Position numbers and translations under genes: made by a program
Part shown: positions 59,793 through 64,000 of the stretch, piece after piece
Position numbering within the stretch: the first letter of the stretch is position 1
How the letters are laid out: the number at the start of each line of letters is the position of its first letter
The notes under the pieces: generated by a model
The model's input: the letters and a program-made list of their open reading frames with translations, nothing else
Told to the model about the DNA's origin: nothing
Database searches by the model: none
NCBI GenBank assembly: GCA_016183305.1
Contig: JACPEW010000011.1
Coordinates: 2,020-66,019 of the forward strand
Length of the DNA stretch: 64,000 nt
From: Candidatus Daviesbacteria bacterium
GTDB lineage: Bacteria; Patescibacteriota; Microgenomatia; Daviesbacterales; UBA10151
Direction of reading: 5' to 3'

Positions 59793-60263
59793 TTAACCCA
59801 CTGCTACAACTGTTTTCTCGGTTGCCCACCTTGCACCTGCAGGATCTATCTCCACCATTCTTATCACTGGTTGTGCAAATGCTGCTCTTACAACTTGAAG
59901 ACCTAAATCTAATTTTGTAGTAGTCTCATCTGTTGGCGAAACTGATATAGGCCATCGTTCTTTTCCTCTGACTACTTCTGCATTAGCTTGTTGTGGCTCA
60001 CTAGTTATTGGATCATTAAGGAATGTTAGAGATTCTAATTCTATTCTACCTTTTTTCCCATCAATACATACTACTGCATGACTTAAAGCATCAGCAAATG
60101 CATCCTACTCATGAGTTCCTTTGCCAATAAATGTTGGTAAACCACGCATTTGTACTTCTGCAGCAAAATTGTTACCATCTAAATGACCATTGCATAATTC
60201 AATAATAATTAGTTTACTAGCTTGTATAACTTGTAATAAACTAGGTTTTGCTTCTGGTGTCAT
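59793..60263 (-). pseudogene. hypothetical 156-codon ORF interrupted by in-frame TAG at 60105-60107
   Basis: AGGGGG SD upstream of the ATG at 60263. Continuous reading frame except for one TAG. Minus-strand hairpin plus U-run at about 59740-59775. Confidence 0.4.
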
Positions 60264-60285
60264 TATTTTCAACCCCCTTTCTTTT

Positions 60286-60552
60286 TTATCTAGTACCTGT
60301 TTTACTTTGGTACATAGCCATTCTGCGCAATCTTCTTACTTCGCTGTTACTAATTAGTTTAGGTGGTTCGAACACAAAACCTCTAAATCTTTCTAAATCT
60401 TCTGTAGAAGCATGGTAGGAGTCATCTTCAGTTTGGGCTGTAGGCTGTCTAGGCTTTTCTGTTCTAGTAGGGCAATGAAATGCATTACTTACAGTAGGGT
60501 CAGCATAAGTTCTAATTGTTGTGTATGGAATGAATCTTTCTCTGATTGTCAT
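60286..60552 (-). CDS. hypothetical protein (88 aa)
   Basis: ORF upstream of, and co-oriented with, the interrupted ORF. Confidence 0.35.
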   Translation of the reverse strand: MTIRERFIPYTTIRTYADPTVSNAFHCPTRTEKPRQPTAQTEDDSYHASTEDLERFRGFVFEPPKLISNSEVRRLRRMAMYQSKTGTR

Positions 60553-60877
60553 ATTTTTCTCATAAAAAAACCTCCCATTTGGGGAGGCTTATTTCCTTTC
60601 TTTTTTAGATAAAAGTTATCTAAAAAAACCTCCCAAAAAGCCCTCCAATAAGGAGGACAATAAGGAGGCTGACTAAAACTTCAATTCTTTGAATATCTAA
60701 ACTTAATATTCTTGTCATGAAAAAACAAAGCTTTTTATTTTTGAACCAAAATACCTCACAGCTCTGCTGCTGAGATGAATGGTTCAAAAAGAACTTTCCC
60801 AAAGAGATACTCCACAGTTTACTGCGGAGCAGTTCATTAACTTTGCTGAATTATTTTATTTTAACTTTTATATTTTG

Positions 60878-62206
60878 TCAAGGGCGGGTTATCATTAGAA
60901 AGCTCGTGTAATTATCTTTAGCATCCTGTAGGTTATCCTGAGTGATTTGTAAATTGTAAATTTCTGCCAAAACTTTACTGCCCATTACCGCAATATTTTT
61001 TCCTAATTTATTTTCTGCTAAGTATTTTGCTACTACTGCATGATCGATTAGTTCTTTAGTTCCTGATGTCTGTTTTAGGTGAGGATATTTTTTAGCAAGT
61101 GTACTTTTGCATTGAGCCAGAACTTGAGGGTGAGTCATGATAGTGGTTATTTCTGAAAACTTAATATCTTTTCTGATCATTAAAGCATGCGAAATTTTAA
61201 TAGCAAATTCTTTAACAATCTTAAACTTATAACTGGCTATAGCCTCAATGCTTTCTCCAACAATTCCGCCTACGGAATTATGAATAGCAAATTGTCCGCA
61301 GTCAATACCACCAGCATGTAATGCTTTTAAAACATTTTCAGAAGTATATAAATATTTGATTTTATACTTAGTAATACCTTCTTTCCTTAAATAATATTGT
61401 ATGGCTTCCTCATTAAAACTGCCTATTCCTCCTTGTATGCCAAAAGTTATAAATTTAGGGTTCTTCTGTTTTGGTAATAATTTGTTATAAACCCTGTCAT
61501 AAATTTCTCCTAATTTAATCCTCATTTGTTTGGTATAAGGATTAAAATGCTGTAAGTCTGTAAAAAGTTGCCAGGTATCATTGCATGTTTGTTCTTTAAC
61601 TTCCAATAATTTTTTAATACCTAATGAATCGATTGGGGTAGATTGAAAGCCATAGGCATTAAGCAGTCTTCCGATAAAGTGCGTTAAACCCTGGGAAGAA
61701 GCAGCTAATTTATCATGTGTTTTGGCAGTCATTTCTATTACCTGTACTTTTTTACTTTTAAAATATTCTTTCCAGAATTTAAAAGTTTCACTACTGCTTA
61801 AAAATTTATCAATAATTAGGGGTAGGTTATCAAAACCATTCTTGCTGCTATCTGGACCAAACATTGGATGAGTTAGTATTGCTTGGGCCTTTAAACCTTT
61901 TAAATATTTTCTAAAAACTTTAGCTGGATGAATCTTGACTGATAAAACATCTACAAGAACATGATGGTTTTGAAAATACTTCTTGTGGGTTGCTATGACT
62001 TTTTCAAAATTGCTGATAGGTACTGCATAAAAAATAACTTCACCCTCGTAAATGTCAGCAATATTATTTGTAATATAGGTATTTTTGGTTAACCCGTTAC
62101 TTGTTATTGGACCTTTGTCGTAGAGGGTGATAATAAAATCATCCTTAATAAGGCGGTATAAAGTCTGGCCAAATCTACCAAATCCCACAATGCTAATTTT
62201 TTTCAT
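60878..62206 (-). CDS. bifunctional prephenate dehydrogenase / prephenate dehydratase (TyrA-PheA fusion)
   Basis: N-terminal NAD-binding IVGFGRFGQ (TyrA). C-terminal PDT domain (ITFGIQGGIGSFNEEA..., THPQVLAQC). Start taken at MKKISIV because the longer ORF begins inside the upstream repeat. Confidence 0.75.
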   Translation of the reverse strand: MKKISIVGFGRFGQTLYRLIKDDFIITLYDKGPITSNGLTKNTYITNNIADIYEGEVIFYAVPISNFEKVIATHKKYFQNHHVLVDVLSVKIHPAKVFRKYLKGLKAQAILTHPMFGPDSSKNGFDNLPLIIDKFLSSSETFKFWKEYFKSKKVQVIEMTAKTHDKLAASSQGLTHFIGRLLNAYGFQSTPIDSLGIKKLLEVKEQTCNDTWQLFTDLQHFNPYTKQMRIKLGEIYDRVYNKLLPKQKNPKFITFGIQGGIGSFNEEAIQYYLRKEGITKYKIKYLYTSENVLKALHAGGIDCGQFAIHNSVGGIVGESIEAIASYKFKIVKEFAIKISHALMIRKDIKFSEITTIMTHPQVLAQCKSTLAKKYPHLKQTSGTKELIDHAVVAKYLAENKLGKNIAVMGSKVLAEIYNLQITQDNLQDAKDNYTSFLMITRP

Positions 62207-62215
62207 GAACCCCTT

Positions 62216-62296
62216 TCTGTCATTGCGAGCGAACATAGTGAGCGTGGCAATCTTCCGAGGTTGGAAGGTTCCTCGCTAATCACTCGGAATGACACA
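62216..62296. repeat. GC-rich palindromic MITE/REP-like element copy 2 (intergenic)
   Basis: TGTCATTGCGAGCGAA...CTCGGAATGACAC termini and internal hairpin CTTCC..GGAAG. Fills the aminotransferase/tyrA-pheA spacer. Confidence 0.6.
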
Positions 62297-63424
62297 TTAA
62301 AAATAATTCTCAATTTGGTCAATGTTAGTGCAAATACTAATCCTGATAGATTGTTTGCCACTTTTACCAAAAGCAGAACCTGGGGTAACGAGAATTTGTT
62401 TTTTTTCTAATAAATAATTGCAAAACTGCTCTGCGTCTTTAAAGTCTGCGGGGATTTTAGCCCAAATGTATAAACTTCCTTTAGGTAAAGTGAAAGTTAG
62501 TCCTAATTGTTTCAGATAATTTGCAATTATATCTCTTCTTTGTTGGTAACTTTTTATCATCTGTTGGTGCCATTTTTTATCAGGATGGTTTAAGGCAAAA
62601 GCCCCTAATTTTTGCAGGGGAGTAGATAAACCAGAATCCATTTGCGATTTTACTTTAGCTAACGCTGTAATTACTTTGCTATTACCAACAATCCAGCCCA
62701 TTCTAAAACCAGCAAAGGAAAAAGTCTTGGAAAAAGATCCTAGTTCAATTGCAATATTTTTAGCACCTGGAATTTGTAAAATAGAAGGAGCAATATAATT
62801 ATCAAAAGTTATTTCTGAATAAGCATTATCATAAGCAATAATAAGGTTGTGTTTTTTAGCAAACTTCACTAATTTATCCAATTGTTCAAGAGAAATTACT
62901 TGACCAGTTGGATTAGAGGGAAAATTAACCCACATGAATTTTGTCTTTTTAGAAATTTTTACATCTATTAATTTTTCTGGATTATAGTAAACAACTCTTC
63001 CTCCCACCATTAAAGCTGTATCAGTATAAGCAGGGTATCCTGGATCTGGAACTAAAACTTCATCGTCTGGGTCTAAAAGAGCCAAAGGTAAGTGGCTCAC
63101 CCCGTCTTTTGCTCCAAGTAAAGGGAAAACTTCAGATTCTTTTAAATTAACCTTAAATCTTTTTTTGTACCAATTAATTAACGCTTGGGAAAATTCGTTA
63201 TTTGCGCCAAAACCAGGATATAAATGAGATTTACCATCAGTAAGAAACTCATCAAATTTTTTAAGGTAAAAGAAGCTGGGTTTTACATCAGGATTACCTG
63301 CTCCAAAATCTAAAACCTTTTTTTTGGATTTTGCTTCTACTGCTTTAACTTTTTTCTGTAATCTGGAAAAAATATATTCAGAGAATACATTTAACCTTTT
63401 AGCGCTTTTTATCATAGTTTCCAA
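62297..63424 (-). CDS. class I/II pyridoxal-phosphate-dependent aminotransferase
   Basis: GNPD motif region and SFSKTFSFAGFRMGW (PLP-lysine region). Confidence 0.8.
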   Translation of the reverse strand: METMIKSAKRLNVFSEYIFSRLQKKVKAVEAKSKKKVLDFGAGNPDVKPSFFYLKKFDEFLTDGKSHLYPGFGANNEFSQALINWYKKRFKVNLKESEVFPLLGAKDGVSHLPLALLDPDDEVLVPDPGYPAYTDTALMVGGRVVYYNPEKLIDVKISKKTKFMWVNFPSNPTGQVISLEQLDKLVKFAKKHNLIIAYDNAYSEITFDNYIAPSILQIPGAKNIAIELGSFSKTFSFAGFRMGWIVGNSKVITALAKVKSQMDSGLSTPLQKLGAFALNHPDKKWHQQMIKSYQQRRDIIANYLKQLGLTFTLPKGSLYIWAKIPADFKDAEQFCNYLLEKKQILVTPGSAFGKSGKQSIRISICTNIDQIENYF

Positions 63425-63689
63425 CCTCTTTTTGGACCCTTAAAGAATATTGATGGAGTAAGTTAAACATTCTTTTGATAAAAATCTCAGATAAATTAAG
63501 CGATTTTGCTTGGTTTAGGTTGGATTCTAAAATTTTATTCCATCTTTGTTGGTCCAAAATAGGCAAGTTGCGTTTTTTCTTATGTTGTCCAATTTTCCTA
63601 GCCAAACTTAACCTTTTAGCAAGAAGAATTAGAAGTTTTTGGTCGACGCTATTTATCTGTTTCCGCCATTTATCTAATTTATTATCCAT
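63399..63689 (-). CDS. chorismate mutase (AroQ class)
   Basis: The RKQINSVDQKLLILLAKRLSLARKIGQHKK pattern resembles AroQ-class chorismate mutase. Confidence 0.75.
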   Translation of the reverse strand: MDNKLDKWRKQINSVDQKLLILLAKRLSLARKIGQHKKKRNLPILDQQRWNKILESNLNQAKSLNLSEIFIKRMFNLLHQYSLRVQKEVGNYDKKR

Positions 63690-64000
63690 TTTGGGCCTTA
63701 TGTCTAAGGTAGTGATCTATGATAACCAAGGCTGCCATTGCATCAACAATAGGAATTGCCCGGGGTAACACACAGGCATCATGTCTGCCAGCAGCCTCTA
63801 AGCTCACTTGGCGGCCATTTTTATCTACAGTTTCTTGTTTTTGGGAAATAGTAGAAACAGGTTTAAAAGCTACTCTAAAGTAGATCGTTTCACCGGTAGA
63901 AATTCCGCCCAATGTTCCTCCTGCATTATTAGTTTTTAATTTAATTTTTCCTTGTTGAGAAAAGAATTGATCATTATGTTCTGAACCCCTCATTTTGGTT
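63682..64000 (-). CDS. aroC: chorismate synthase, C-terminal part (runs off window edge)
   Basis: GGISTGE...KP.STI...GRHDACV.PRA.P..DAMAALV motifs. Confidence 0.8.
   Translation of the reverse strand, partial: TKMRGSEHNDQFFSQQGKIKLKTNNAGGTLGGISTGETIYFRVAFKPVSTISQKQETVDKNGRQVSLEAAGRHDACVLPRAIPIVDAMAALVIIDHYLRHKAQNG

Noticed and set aside
62207-62236. N-terminal extension MFARNDRKGF of the tyrA-pheA ORF
   Set aside because: It is encoded by the terminal inverted repeat of the MITE-like element. The downstream Met with an AAAGGGG SD is the more plausible start.

Overview
This is a low-GC bacterial window that looks like a reduced-genome lineage such as the Candidate Phyla Radiation/Patescibacteria (inference: no rpmD/L30, many extended ribosomal proteins, leaderless-looking promoters). 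Conserved ribosomal core (1-23 kb): str/S10/spc/alpha operons from rpsL (partial) and rpsG through fusA, tuf, rpsJ, rplC...rplO, secY, adk, map, infA, rpmJ, rpsM, rpsK, rpsD, rpoA, rplQ, rplM and rpsI, then a phosphohexomutase. Next come a SAM-riboswitch-like leader upstream of metK, a convergent endonuclease/exonuclease/phosphatase (EEP) gene and a tRNA-Pro(GGG). Immediately 3' of the tRNA lies a ~3.2 kb mosaic insert (25.4-28.7 kb) that looks like an integrative/invertible element. It contains a large serine recombinase interrupted by an in-frame TGA, three copies of a tRNA-3'-end/terminator-derived att-like repeat in direct and inverted orientation, an AT-rich two-gene cargo of unknown function and a structured sRNA-like module. 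It is followed by a LemA-TPM operon, recA carrying a LAGLIDADG intein in its P-loop, recX, rny, HU, a kinase-like protein, a run of five large polytopic GT-C-like membrane proteins, miaA with in-frame repeat insertions, an AI-2E transporter, a candidate miniaturised (~205 nt) RNase P RNA, comM/yifB, small proteins, DUF4446/DUF3048, secD-X-Y-secF, cca, recJ, a GC-richer TPP-enzyme island and an aromatic amino-acid cluster (tyrA-pheA fusion, aminotransferase, chorismate mutase, aroC partial). No CRISPR array and no rRNA genes were seen.
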